Position numbers and translations under genes: made by a program. This document shows, piece after piece, positions 15,590 to 25,035 of a DNA stretch of 25,784 bases (the stretch's first letter is position 1; each line of letters opens with the position of its first letter). The stretch lies in assembly GCA_963666315.2 (NCBI GenBank), contig CAXXHG010000023.1, positions 1-25,784 of the forward strand, given 5' to 3'. The stretch comes from Candidatus Binatia bacterium (GTDB lineage Bacteria; Desulfobacterota; Binatia; Bin18). The notes under the pieces are model-generated. The model did not search any database, was not told where the DNA came from, and was given only the letters and a program-made list of their open reading frames with translations.

Positions 15590-16864
15590 TCATGTGGCCA
15601 TTTCTGCTTGGTGCGTTTCAAGCTCAATCGGCTCCGGCACCACCAGGAAATACAAAACAAGGGCAGCAATCAACAACACTCCGGCGATAGCCAAGAAAGG
15701 CAGGGTCCAGTCTCCCGTAGCAGCAACAAGAAAGCCTGCACTCATCGGTCCAAAAATCCCAGCAAAATTGCCCGCGCCGTTCATCACTCCAGAGATAGCG
15801 CCGATCTCTTTTGCGTTCAGCTCGATCGGCACCGCCCAGCACGCCCCAGCACCAAGATTAGAGAAAAACATATACGCGGCCAAGCACACAACGGACACAC
15901 CCGCCCACGGCACAAATGCAGCCGCTATAATCGCCGGCACTCCCAGAAAGAGACACAGGGCGGGTGCCTGCGCCCGTGCAAAACGAATGCTATACCCGCG
16001 CCGCAGCAAAAGATCGGACATGGTGCCCCCGGTAATAAGGCCGCCAAATCCGGCCAGGGTCGGAATCATGCCCAGTATGCCCATCGCCTGCATCGAGTAG
16101 CCGCGTACATTCACCAAATACGTGGGTGTCCACAGGATGATCATCCACAAGCCATACACCATGCACAGATAGGACAGAGACAAGAGCAGCACTTGCGGAT
16201 GCTTCAGCAGCTGCCAGGGAGACACCCGGCTAGCCGGTCGCGGTGCAAGCTGTGATTCAATTTCCTGCCGTTCGGCTGGGCTGACTTGAGGGTGTTCCGC
16301 AGGTGTGTTTGTTGCGAAGACCAACCAGACGATGACCCAGACTCCACCCAGAAGCGCGTTAAAGTAAAAGACCGTCGGCCACGCGAACGTGAGCACCATC
16401 CAAGTCGTCAGCGGGTAAGCGAGCGTTTGGCCCAGGTGTGAGCCGGACAGACTGATAGTCTGGGCCCGGCCGTATTCATGGCGGGGAATCCAGCGGGCAT
16501 TGATTACAGCGTACGCCGGGAAGCTGACTGATTCAAACAATCCCACACAAAAACGGATCGCTAGCATTGCGCCAAAAGCCATCGCCCCTAGCGGGGTCAA
16601 GGCGGTAAAGACAGAAAAGCCGATGCACGCAGCGGCCAACACCCAGCGGGTATTCCAGCGATCGGCAATAATCCCGCCTGGAAACTGAAGCAGCGTATAA
16701 CCCAGCAGGAAGGCCGAAAAGATCAGGCCGAAACGAGCCTCATCCCAATCGAGGGCGGCCATGATGACCGGTGCCGCGACAGAGATATTTATCCGGTCGG
16801 CATAATTCACCATGCTCCCGGTCGTGAGCAGTCCCACAATTTTGTAACGAACAGGCCACGCCAT
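15590..16864 (-). CDS. MFS transporter (anion:cation symporter-like)
   Basis: NYADRINISVAAP, QFPGGIIADRW, RFCVGLFESVSFPA, ~12 hydrophobic segments, G.ISGVMN.AGN; AAGGAGG RBS. Confidence 0.95.
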   Translation of the reverse strand: MAWPVRYKIVGLLTTGSMVNYADRINISVAAPVIMAALDWDEARFGLIFSAFLLGYTLLQFPGGIIADRWNTRWVLAAACIGFSVFTALTPLGAMAFGAMLAIRFCVGLFESVSFPAYAVINARWIPRHEYGRAQTISLSGSHLGQTLAYPLTTWMVLTFAWPTVFYFNALLGGVWVIVWLVFATNTPAEHPQVSPAERQEIESQLAPRPASRVSPWQLLKHPQVLLLSLSYLCMVYGLWMIILWTPTYLVNVRGYSMQAMGILGMIPTLAGFGGLITGGTMSDLLLRRGYSIRFARAQAPALCLFLGVPAIIAAAFVPWAGVSVVCLAAYMFFSNLGAGACWAVPIELNAKEIGAISGVMNGAGNFAGIFGPMSAGFLVAATGDWTLPFLAIAGVLLIAALVLYFLVVPEPIELETHQAEMAT

Positions 16865-17061
16865 CAATACCCTCCTTTTGCTGCGCTTCGAGATCGTGGG
16901 AAGGGATCCTATCCTAGGCGATAGAAAAAGGTCAAAGGACTCAGAAAAAGATGAGCAAGACCGTTAGGAAATTCGGTACATTAGTGTTAGAACAGCGTCT
17001 TCGGCTCCGGCGGGGAAAGAGATCGGAAGTCGAACCGTAGGCACCACACAGGAGGACATCC

Positions 17062-19470
17062 ATGCAAGGTCTCGAAGGGGTAAAAGTTCTTGAGCTGGGC
17101 CATCTCGCTGCCGCAGCATACGCAAGCAAACTCATGGCCGATCTTGGCGCGGATGTCATCAAAGCCGAAGAGCCCGGCGGTGATCGCTCACGTCAGCGTG
17201 GGCCGTTCCCAGGCGGCAAAGCAGACCCAGAGCAGAGCGGTTTGTTTTTGTCCCTGAATACCAATAAACGCAGTGTGAGTCTCGATTTCGCTCAGGACAA
17301 GGACCAGTTATCCCAGCTGGTGCAGTGGGCTGACATCCTGGTCCATAATTACGCGCCAGCCCAAATGGCCGAGTTCGGCATAGACTACACCACCTTTCGC
17401 GAGCTCAATCCTCGCCTCGTCATGTGTTCGATTACGCCCTTTGGGTTGACCGGACCGTATACAGACTACAACGCCTACGACATCACAGTTTCCAATGCCG
17501 GTGGTTGGGCCTGGCTGAGCCCCGGAGCATCGGACTTTCCGGATCTGCCACCCCTGAAGGTGTATGGACACCAGACGGGCTACCAAGGCGGGCTGGCGGC
17601 TACGGTCGCTACGCTGGGCGCCTATTATCGCGCGTTGGAAACCGGACGCGGCGAACACATTGATCTCGCGATTCAGGCCTATGTGTCCTCTTTCATGGAA
17701 CAGAGCTTTGTGCATTACACCTACAGCAAGAAGGTCGCTTCCCGCTTGGGCAAGCGGATGCTCTATCCGTGGGGCATTTACGAATGTCAGGACGGGCTGA
17801 TCTTTGTAGTTGTTGTGGAAGAAGATCAGTGGGAGCGCCTGGTTGATCTCATGGATAATCCGGAGTGGGCAAGCTGGGAAATCTTTCAAGGCTCGGTAGA
17901 ACGTGCCAAGAACCAAGACGTGCTCAAAATGTATCTGGACGAGTGGTTCAAGCAGTGGAAGGTCCAAGACCTGTTTCGCACTGGTCAAGAAAGACGGATC
18001 TGTTTTGCTCCGGTTCACACCATGAGCCAGCTTGCCGAGGATGAGCACCTGCGCGCGCGCAATTTCTTTGTTGACGTGACTCACCCCAAGGCGGGCAAGC
18101 TAACCCATCTTGGCCCGCCTTATCAGCTGCGCGAGCCGTGGTGGCAAATTCGGCGGCCGGCTCCTCAGTTAGGTGAACATAACGCCGAAGTACAGGCTGA
18201 GCTACAAAATATACCTGCAGCCCCAGCCTCTAGTCCCCAACCCCCAACCCCCAAAACCCGCCTTCCCTTAGAAGGCGTCCGGGTGACCGATTTCACCTGG
18301 GTGTGGGCGGGTCCGTTCGGCACTATGCATCTGGCCTATCTGGGCGCTGAGGTCATCAAGGTTGAATCACACGCGCGCGTGGACATCACGCGTCGGCTGC
18401 CCATTTATCCTAATGATATGGAAGGGGGAGTGAATCGATCGGGCATCTTCAACGAGTGGAGCATGGGCAAGAAGAGCCTGCTGCTCAATGTCGCCAAACC
18501 GGACGGGATGGAGATCGTCAAAGAGTTGATCAAGAACAGTGATGTGGTGGTGGACAATTTTGCGACTGGCGTGATGAATAATCTGGGTTTGAATTATGAC
18601 GAGCTGAAGAAGATCAAACCAGATATTATCGTTGCTTCTATCTCCGGCTACGGCCACACCGGTCCGATGCAAAAGTATATGGGCTACGGCCCGGCCATGG
18701 CTCCGATCAGTGGCCTGTCTTCGTTAACCGGTTATAAAGATGGTCGCCCACAGGAAGTCGGCATTTCGTATGGCGACCCGAATAGCGGCATTCACACTGC
18801 CGCTGCGATCTGTGCCGCCCTGGCCGCCCGGCAACGCACCGGCAAAGGCCAATACATTGATGTGTCGTTGTTCGAGGCCATGTCTGTCCTGGTGTCGGAA
18901 GGCTGGATGGACCACGTCATGAACGGCACCCAGCCGCAACGTGACGGCAATCACGACCCATTCATGACTCCGCACAACTGCTTCCGCTGTGCGGGTGAAG
19001 ATGCCTGGGTGTCCATTGCATGTGGCACGGATGAAGAATGGCAAGCCTTGTGTCAGGCTATCGGCTGGTCCCAGCTCGTCCTGGATGCACGCTTTAGCAC
19101 CGCACCCGCGCGCAAAGCTAATGAAGACGAGCTTGAAAAAATCCTGACCGAATGGACCAGCCAGCGTGACAGATGGGAAGTCACTAAGCTTCTCCAAGAG
19201 GCGGGAGTGGCAGCCTTTCCTGCTATGAGCGCCCAAGATCTAGCCCAGGACAAAAATCTGGAAGCCCGCGGTGCGTTTTCTCGCCTGCCCCATCCGGAAG
19301 TCGGGCCCCGGCTCCACATGGGCATCCCGTGGCTGCTGACCGAATCTCCGAACGGCGCCCGCTCTCCCGCCCCGTTGCTGGGACAGCATACGGACCAGAT
19401 TATGCGCGAGGTCTTAGGGTATTCGGACGAAGCGATTGCACGGTTAAAAGAAAAGAAAGTGCTGAATTAG
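17062..19470 (+). CDS. family III (CaiB/BaiF) CoA-transferase, fused double domain
   Basis: Two copies of L.GV.V....AG/AA....LA.LGA.VIK.E, N..K.S..L, S..G/PFG.TGP, G.GQ/E.ID and AP.LGEH/QH; Pro-rich linker. Confidence 0.95.
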   Translation: MQGLEGVKVLELGHLAAAAYASKLMADLGADVIKAEEPGGDRSRQRGPFPGGKADPEQSGLFLSLNTNKRSVSLDFAQDKDQLSQLVQWADILVHNYAPAQMAEFGIDYTTFRELNPRLVMCSITPFGLTGPYTDYNAYDITVSNAGGWAWLSPGASDFPDLPPLKVYGHQTGYQGGLAATVATLGAYYRALETGRGEHIDLAIQAYVSSFMEQSFVHYTYSKKVASRLGKRMLYPWGIYECQDGLIFVVVVEEDQWERLVDLMDNPEWASWEIFQGSVERAKNQDVLKMYLDEWFKQWKVQDLFRTGQERRICFAPVHTMSQLAEDEHLRARNFFVDVTHPKAGKLTHLGPPYQLREPWWQIRRPAPQLGEHNAEVQAELQNIPAAPASSPQPPTPKTRLPLEGVRVTDFTWVWAGPFGTMHLAYLGAEVIKVESHARVDITRRLPIYPNDMEGGVNRSGIFNEWSMGKKSLLLNVAKPDGMEIVKELIKNSDVVVDNFATGVMNNLGLNYDELKKIKPDIIVASISGYGHTGPMQKYMGYGPAMAPISGLSSLTGYKDGRPQEVGISYGDPNSGIHTAAAICAALAARQRTGKGQYIDVSLFEAMSVLVSEGWMDHVMNGTQPQRDGNHDPFMTPHNCFRCAGEDAWVSIACGTDEEWQALCQAIGWSQLVLDARFSTAPARKANEDELEKILTEWTSQRDRWEVTKLLQEAGVAAFPAMSAQDLAQDKNLEARGAFSRLPHPEVGPRLHMGIPWLLTESPNGARSPAPLLGQHTDQIMREVLGYSDEAIARLKEKKVLN
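18221..18255 (+). repeat. heptanucleotide tandem repeat (CCCCAAC-like x5) in the coding linker
   Basis: CCCCAGC CTCTAGT CCCCAAC CCCCAAC CCCCAAA. Confidence 0.7.
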
Positions 19471-19473
19471 ATC

Positions 19474-19503
19474 CGAGGGGGCACGGAGTGGCGTGCCCCC
19501 TCG
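19474..19503. terminator. GC-rich hairpin between convergent genes (REP-like, possible bidirectional terminator)
   Basis: Perfect 12-bp stem CGAGGGGGCACG-GAGTGG-CGTGCCCCCTCG fills the CoA-transferase/mutS gap; no clear U-tract. Confidence 0.6.
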
Positions 19504-19506
19504 CGA

Positions 19507-22170
19507 TTATTCTTCCTCACTCCCCTCGGCCAGTTGCTTTAATTCAGAGACTAACAGCAGCGCATCAATCGGCGTGGTCCGAAGTGGATCTATCTGGGCC
19601 AGACGGTCTAAGACCACCTGCCCAATTGGCTGCCCAGTTTGAGCAGCAGAGGGAGTAGTGGAGGGGAAGGAGGGATCCCCAGCAGGATGAGCAGGACGAG
19701 CAGGACGAGCCGGTTCTTTCTCTTGTTCAAAACCTGCCAGCAAAGTCTTGGCGCGCTCGACTACGTCAGGCGGAATCCCGGCAAGCTTGGCCACATACAA
19801 TCCATAACTCTTTTGGGCTGCGCCAGGCACGACCTTATATAAGAAGGTCACTTCATCCTGCTTCTCACGAACGTCGAGCCTCGCATTGATAACACCCGGC
19901 AGTGTCTCGGCGAGCTGGGCCAGCTCATGATAATGGGTCGTAAACAGCGTCTTGACTTGTACCTGGGTGGCTAACCTTTCGGCCACGGCCTGGGCAATGG
20001 CTCGGCCATCCGTCGTGCCCGTGCCTCGGCCCACCTCATCCAGAATCACCAGGCTACGCTCGGTTGCATGTTTCAGGATATTCGCCGTCTCCATCATCTC
20101 GACCATAAAAGTCGATAGGCCCTGGGCGAGGAAATCCGTCGCTCCAACACGAGTAAAAATACGATCCACCACGCCAATAGTGGCGGCTTGGGCGGGAATA
20201 AAACTGCCCATCTGGGCTAAGAGGACGAGCAAGGCTGACTGGCGGGCATAGGTGCTTTTGCCGGCGGCATTCGGGCCGGTCAGGATGAGCAGATGCTGGT
20301 TTGCATCCAAGCTGAGGTCGTTCGGCACGAACTGCGTCTCTCGCGCCTCTATGACTGGATGGCGCCCCTCCTGGATGCTCAGGTCATAGGTCTCGGTCAC
20401 CTCTGGTCGTACCCACCCCTTTTTAATCGCTAACTCGGCCAGGCAGACAAGAGCATCGATTGCACCCAGAATTGCCGCCGTCTGCCGCAACCGCTCGGCC
20501 TGGGCCGCGACCTGATCACGCAGCCGGGCGAACAACTCATACTCCAATTGATTGCCGCGGTCGGTAGCCGACAAGACTTTTGCTTCAAACCCGCGGAGCG
20601 CATCGGTGACAAAGCGCTCAGCATTGACCAAGGTTTGGCGGCGCGTATAGTTTTTCGGCACGCGTTTGAGGGCAGCCTTCGTGACTTCAAGATAATAGCC
20701 AAAGACCCTATTAAAGCCGACCTTGAGATTCGCGATCTGGGTCCGTTCCCGCTCTTGTCGCTCATAGTCGGCAAGCCAACCCGTGCCGTCGGCTTGAATG
20801 GCCAGCAGCACGTCTAACTCAGCCGAGACACCCTCTCGAATCAGGCCGCCTTCTTTCGCAAGCGCTTTCGGCTCGTCAACCAGAATCTGTCCAATCTCAG
20901 CCACAACATCGTCCAGAAGATCGATGTCGTCATAATAGGTTTTGAGCAGTGGACTGCTGGCCGACCTCAGCACAGCGTGGAGCGGCGGCAGTGCAACAAG
21001 GGCAGATTTGAGGACGGCCAGGTCACGCGGATTCGCTATGGCAGAGGTAATACGCGAGGTGAGGCGTTCAAGATCGGGCATGCCGCTGAGAGCCGCCCGT
21101 ATCTCCCGACGAACGTCATGCCGCTGCCCGAGTTCGGCAACCACCGTCTGCCGCTGCTGAATTGCATCCACAGAGCGCAAGGGGTGCAGCACCCAATGTC
21201 GCAACCGTCGTTTGCCCATGCGGGTTGTGGTGTGATCCAGCACGGCCAGCAAAGTTCCATCAAACGGGCCATCAGAGGGGCCGGCAGGGCTGCCGTCAAA
21301 CAGGTTCTCCACCAGTTCAAGGTTGCGCTGCGTTTGCGGGTCGAGCACAACAAAGGTCTCGTACTGGTATGGCTCGGGAGCACGCACATGGGGTAAAAAC
21401 GCCCGCTGGGTTTCTTGGGCGTACGCAAACAGTGCTCCAGCTGCGCACAGCGCCCGGCGATGCGAAAAGACCAAGGGGTCAATGCGCTTACGACCGAACT
21501 GTTTACTCAATAGTTGGCGCGCCCTCTCAAAGCCAAAGGCATCTGCTGAGCACTCCGTCAGACAGGTCTTTCGGTTCCAGTTGTTTTCTAATGGCTCGCC
21601 GTGTGGACATACGATCTCTTGCGGCTGCAGTTTACCCAGAAGGTTCGGCAAATCAGTCGGATTTGTCTCGGCTACCAGAAACTCTGCAGTTGCGAGATCA
21701 AGACTGGCAACACCGATAGCCTCTTTTTCAGAAAACAGCGCAACCAGCATGCGCTCCTGGCTCTCGGATTCAAACAAAGTGCCCGGCGTAACCACACGGA
21801 CAACGTCACGCGGGATGATGCCCTTGCCCTTTTGGGGGCCTTCAAGCTGTTCACACACCGCGACTTTGTAGCCTTTTTCGACCAGCCGGGTGAGGTAAGG
21901 TTCCAGACGAGAGTGCGGCACCCCACACATGGGGACCTTTTCGCTGCCTTTGCCGTGCGGTCGCGCGGTCAGCACGATATCCAACTCGCGTGCGGCCACC
22001 GCAGCGTCGTCAAAGAACATCTCGTAGAAGTCGCCGAATCGATAGAACAGGAGTTCGTCTTTATACTGTTCTTTGATCTGCCAGTATTGCTCCATCATGT
22101 CGGTTTCGGTCGCCCGAGATGAATCAGATGAAATAGATGCAGTCGATTGAGATTTCTCCTTCTTCGCCAT
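19507..22170 (-). CDS. mutS: DNA mismatch repair protein MutS (MutS1)
   Basis: MMEQY, LLFYRFGDFYEMF (F-x-E), VPMCGVP, RDVVRVVTPGT, P-loop TGPNAAGKST, STFMVEM, DEVGRGT, FTTHYHEL, SYGLYVAKLAG. Confidence 0.98.
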   Translation of the reverse strand: MAKKEKSQSTASISSDSSRATETDMMEQYWQIKEQYKDELLFYRFGDFYEMFFDDAAVAARELDIVLTARPHGKGSEKVPMCGVPHSRLEPYLTRLVEKGYKVAVCEQLEGPQKGKGIIPRDVVRVVTPGTLFESESQERMLVALFSEKEAIGVASLDLATAEFLVAETNPTDLPNLLGKLQPQEIVCPHGEPLENNWNRKTCLTECSADAFGFERARQLLSKQFGRKRIDPLVFSHRRALCAAGALFAYAQETQRAFLPHVRAPEPYQYETFVVLDPQTQRNLELVENLFDGSPAGPSDGPFDGTLLAVLDHTTTRMGKRRLRHWVLHPLRSVDAIQQRQTVVAELGQRHDVRREIRAALSGMPDLERLTSRITSAIANPRDLAVLKSALVALPPLHAVLRSASSPLLKTYYDDIDLLDDVVAEIGQILVDEPKALAKEGGLIREGVSAELDVLLAIQADGTGWLADYERQERERTQIANLKVGFNRVFGYYLEVTKAALKRVPKNYTRRQTLVNAERFVTDALRGFEAKVLSATDRGNQLEYELFARLRDQVAAQAERLRQTAAILGAIDALVCLAELAIKKGWVRPEVTETYDLSIQEGRHPVIEARETQFVPNDLSLDANQHLLILTGPNAAGKSTYARQSALLVLLAQMGSFIPAQAATIGVVDRIFTRVGATDFLAQGLSTFMVEMMETANILKHATERSLVILDEVGRGTGTTDGRAIAQAVAERLATQVQVKTLFTTHYHELAQLAETLPGVINARLDVREKQDEVTFLYKVVPGAAQKSYGLYVAKLAGIPPDVVERAKTLLAGFEQEKEPARPARPAHPAGDPSFPSTTPSAAQTGQPIGQVVLDRLAQIDPLRTTPIDALLLVSELKQLAEGSEEE

Positions 22171-22306
22171 ATGATGCTAGCGTCCCCCTGCCGCAAAACA
22201 GGCCACAGACACTACCATATGTGTGTGGCTTCGTCGTCCGGTCTCAATACTCAAGGGTTTGCCTCATCCTCCGGAAATAGGGAGAAGCGTCCGCAGCTTT
22301 ATCTCT

Positions 22307-22373
22307 TGTCACATAGGTAACAAAAACAGCACATTGTCCTGCGGAAACGGGTCTTTCCGTCACCTATGTGACA
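22307..22373. repeat. 67-bp element with 15-bp terminal inverted repeats (TGT...ACA)
   Basis: TGTCACATAGGTAAC ... GTCACCTATGTGACA, 14/15 complementary. Confidence 0.8.
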
Positions 22374-22496
22374 TCCTTCCCCTTGTTTTGTAGACAGCAC
22401 CCGGCCTATCGTAATGGATATAATCATCCTCAGGTTCTGACACACACATCCACCTCAGTCCGTCCTCACACCAGCTCATATAAGGAGAGGCTCACC

Positions 22497-22927
22497 ATGA
22501 GCAAAGACGAAGACAGCCAGAGTTTTGACCCACTCCGTACCTGGCGCGAGTGGTATCAGAAGTCGGAAAAGAAGTGGAGCGATGCCGTATCGGGGCGTGT
22601 TAGGCGACGATCGTTTCGCCCAGACCACTGGTAAGTATGTCCAGGAAGCCCCACCTCCACCGCATGTTCACTGAATCCATGGCCTAGTATTTGGCCGCCC
22701 TCAATTTGCCGTCTCGCTCAGATATTACGGCGTTAGGCGACCGCGTGGGAGAACTCGAAGATACGGTTGCCGGTCTGCAGGTTGAGCTTCGCCACCTGCG
22801 GCGATCATTGATGGAACGTGATATTGCCGCGCAAGGCACCGATGAGCCCGCCCGCCCGAAAAGAACAAAGAAGCCGCCTCGAAAGGCCCGTTCCAAACGC
22901 TCTCCACAGCCAGCGCAAAAGGACTGA
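22497..22927 (+). pseudogene. short PhaE/PhaR-like PHA synthase accessory subunit, disrupted as written
   Basis: AAGGAG RBS; FDPLRTWREWY...E..WS...; YLAALNLPSRSDITALGDRVGELED is the PhaE/PhaR-type signature. Frame shifts near 22592-22595 and 22649-22652, and an in-frame TAG at 22685-22687. Confidence 0.75.
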
Positions 22928-22931
22928 GACC

Positions 22932-24016
22932 ATGCAGCAGGCACAGCAGCTGTCACCCGAAGAGGTCGCAGCAAAAGCGCGTGAGACGGTTGATCGCGCC
23001 ATTCAGCGCAATATCCCCGGTGTCACACTGCCTGCCGATCTCGACCTTGAGGTCGGACCAACGCCGAAAGACCTCGTGCATACACATGGCACGATGAAGC
23101 TGTATCACTACCGTCCGCTGAGCGATGAAGTCTACCGAGTTCCGGTGTTAATCGTCATGTCGCTCGTCAGTCGTCCCTACATCCTGGATCTGGCCAAGGG
23201 TCAGAGCTTGGTCGAATTCCTGCTGATGCAGGGCTTTGACGTATACCTCATCGACTGGGGTGTCCCGCGCCCTGAACATAAGGGGCTACGGCTGGACGAC
23301 TACGTTGCTGATTTCATTCCGGAATGTATTGAAGTCGTGCATGAAGATTCAGGCGAGCCGGATGTCTCCATGATCGGCTACTGCCTGGGAGGATTCCTCG
23401 CCGTGCTGCATGCGGCCCCTGTATCCTGACGGCCCGCTCAAGAATCTGGTTTGCTTTACTACCCCGGTGAATTCGGATGGCATGCCGCTCTACCGGACCT
23501 GGACCGATCCGGCCCACTTTGATCTCGACCGCCTGATCGATACGCTGGGGAATATTCCATCCGAGTTAATGAATGCCTCACTCCAGATGTTACGCCCGTT
23601 TCAGAGAAGCGCCGGTCGGATGAAGCTGCTGGATAATATCCAAGACGAAGCCTTTGTCACCGCGCATCTGCGCTTCGACCGCTGGGCGGCAGATCATATT
23701 CCCTTTCCAGGCGAAACCGCCCGTCAGTTGGTGAATGATTTTATGCGCGAGAACAAGCTGGTTCACAACACCTTAGAACTTGCCGGCCGCAAGGTCGATC
23801 TCGGACAGATCACCATTCCCCTTTCTGCATGTCGCAGCCCAATATGACCATATTGTTCCGCCTGCGGCTTCACAGGATTTGGTGAAGCTGGTGGGGAGTG
23901 AAGATAAATCCGAAATTGTCCTGAAAGGCGGGCATGTAAGCCTGGTCGCTGGCGGAAATGCGATCTATCGGCTCTGGCCGAAGCTGGATGCCTGGCTCTC
24001 GCAGCGGTCAGTATAA
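22932..24016 (+). pseudogene. phaC: class III/IV-type PHA synthase PhaC, with two +1 frameshifts as written
   Basis: VGPTPKD, KLYHYRP, PVLIV.SLVSRPYILDL..GQSLV.FL...GFDVYLIDWG, lipase box GYCLGG, LGNIP, FPGE, YDHIVPP (Asp), GGHVSL (His). Extra C in CCCC at 23416-23419 and 23818-23821; about 360 aa when repaired. Confidence 0.88.
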
Positions 24017-24067
24017 AGTCGGCTATCACTCTAGGCATATCAATCTGGGAAGGAATAGGAGGACAGC

Positions 24068-24640
24068 GTGGAAGGTTTTCCCAAAACACTTGAGGTCAAA
24101 GCGAGGTCGGTCACACTACGCATGATGGGCGCGCAAGACGGCCCACTGCTGCTCGATTTTGCCCAGCAGCTGCCCTACCACGACTTGATGTTTTTGCGTC
24201 GAGATATCACCAAGCAGTCATCCATCGACCGCTGGCTGTATGATATCGAAAGCGAGAAAATGTACACCCTGCTTGCTGAGGACGAGACCCGCCTCTTGGG
24301 CTATGCGACTTTGTACCGGAACGATTTTGACTGGTCACGGCATGTGGCTGAGATCCGAGTCCTTATATCTCCTCAAGCCCGTAAGATCGGCATGGGCCGG
24401 CTCCTCACCCGCGAGGCGTTCAATGTTGCTCTCAGCTTGGGTATCCAAAAAGTGGTGGCGCGTATGACGCTGGATCAAACCGGTGCACGGACGGTTTTTG
24501 AAGAACTCGGCTTTCGGGCCGAGGCTGTGCTGCGCGACGAAGTCAAAGACCGCGCCGGCAAGACTCACGACATTCTGCTCATGGCCAATGATGTCGAGAC
24601 TTTTTTGGCACGTGGCGATGCATACGGGCGGTCGCGCTAA
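24068..24640 (+). CDS. GNAT family N-acetyltransferase
   Basis: AGGAGG plus GTG start; RHVAEIRVLISPQARKIGMGRLL, FEELGF.AEAVLRD.VKD..G..HD. Confidence 0.92.
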   Translation: MEGFPKTLEVKARSVTLRMMGAQDGPLLLDFAQQLPYHDLMFLRRDITKQSSIDRWLYDIESEKMYTLLAEDETRLLGYATLYRNDFDWSRHVAEIRVLISPQARKIGMGRLLTREAFNVALSLGIQKVVARMTLDQTGARTVFEELGFRAEAVLRDEVKDRAGKTHDILLMANDVETFLARGDAYGRSR

Positions 24641-24656
24641 GTGCGGTCGCGCTAAG
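24628..24656 (+). repeat. 14-bp direct duplication GCGGTCGCGCTAAG spanning the GNAT stop codon
   Basis: Copies at 24628-24641 and 24643-24656. Confidence 0.9.
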
Positions 24657-24693
24657 AACGCATAACAAAGCTGTCTGGAGTCCATTTAGCCAC

Positions 24694-24780
24694 CCGGTCC
24701 CGCCCCTAGATTCCCGTTTCCACGGGAATAACAGTCCTTTTTGTGTCATATCTGTGCAAGCAGGTATCCAGGTCTACGGA
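24694..24780. repeat. composite palindromic dispersed repeat, copy 2
   Basis: ATTCCCGTTTCCACGGGAATAAC ... GTCATATCTGTGCAAGCAGGTATCCAGG; colinear with 8316-8404. Confidence 0.85.
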
Positions 24781-25035
24781 ATACGTATGGAGTTTTGTTC
24801 GCGGCTCTTAGCATTCCAACACAGCCAACACGTCCTGCACACCCTGTATATCCTAGACCAGGACCACATCTTGAACCATATTAAGCTGTATCCTGGAAAG
24901 ACACACAAGACTTGCCTGTGTAACCCGTTTTTGAAAAATTGTTCTTAACGCTAAAACAGGCTGTACAAGAGGTGCGTGATCGTTATAATTTTGCCAAGAA
25001 AAATACAGTGCAAGAAAAGCGCAGCGAAGGAGGAC

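Noticed and set aside
17308-18084. 258-aa minus-strand ORF and similar long antisense or alternate-frame ORFs (e.g. 15608..16255, 21162..21719)
   Set aside because: Shadows of well-supported genes in GC-rich DNA; no motifs.
24961-24989. Sigma70 promoter upstream of the CmcJ-like gene (TATAAT at 24984-24989)
   Set aside because: The -10 is perfect but there is no convincing -35 or extended -10; too weak to list as a feature.
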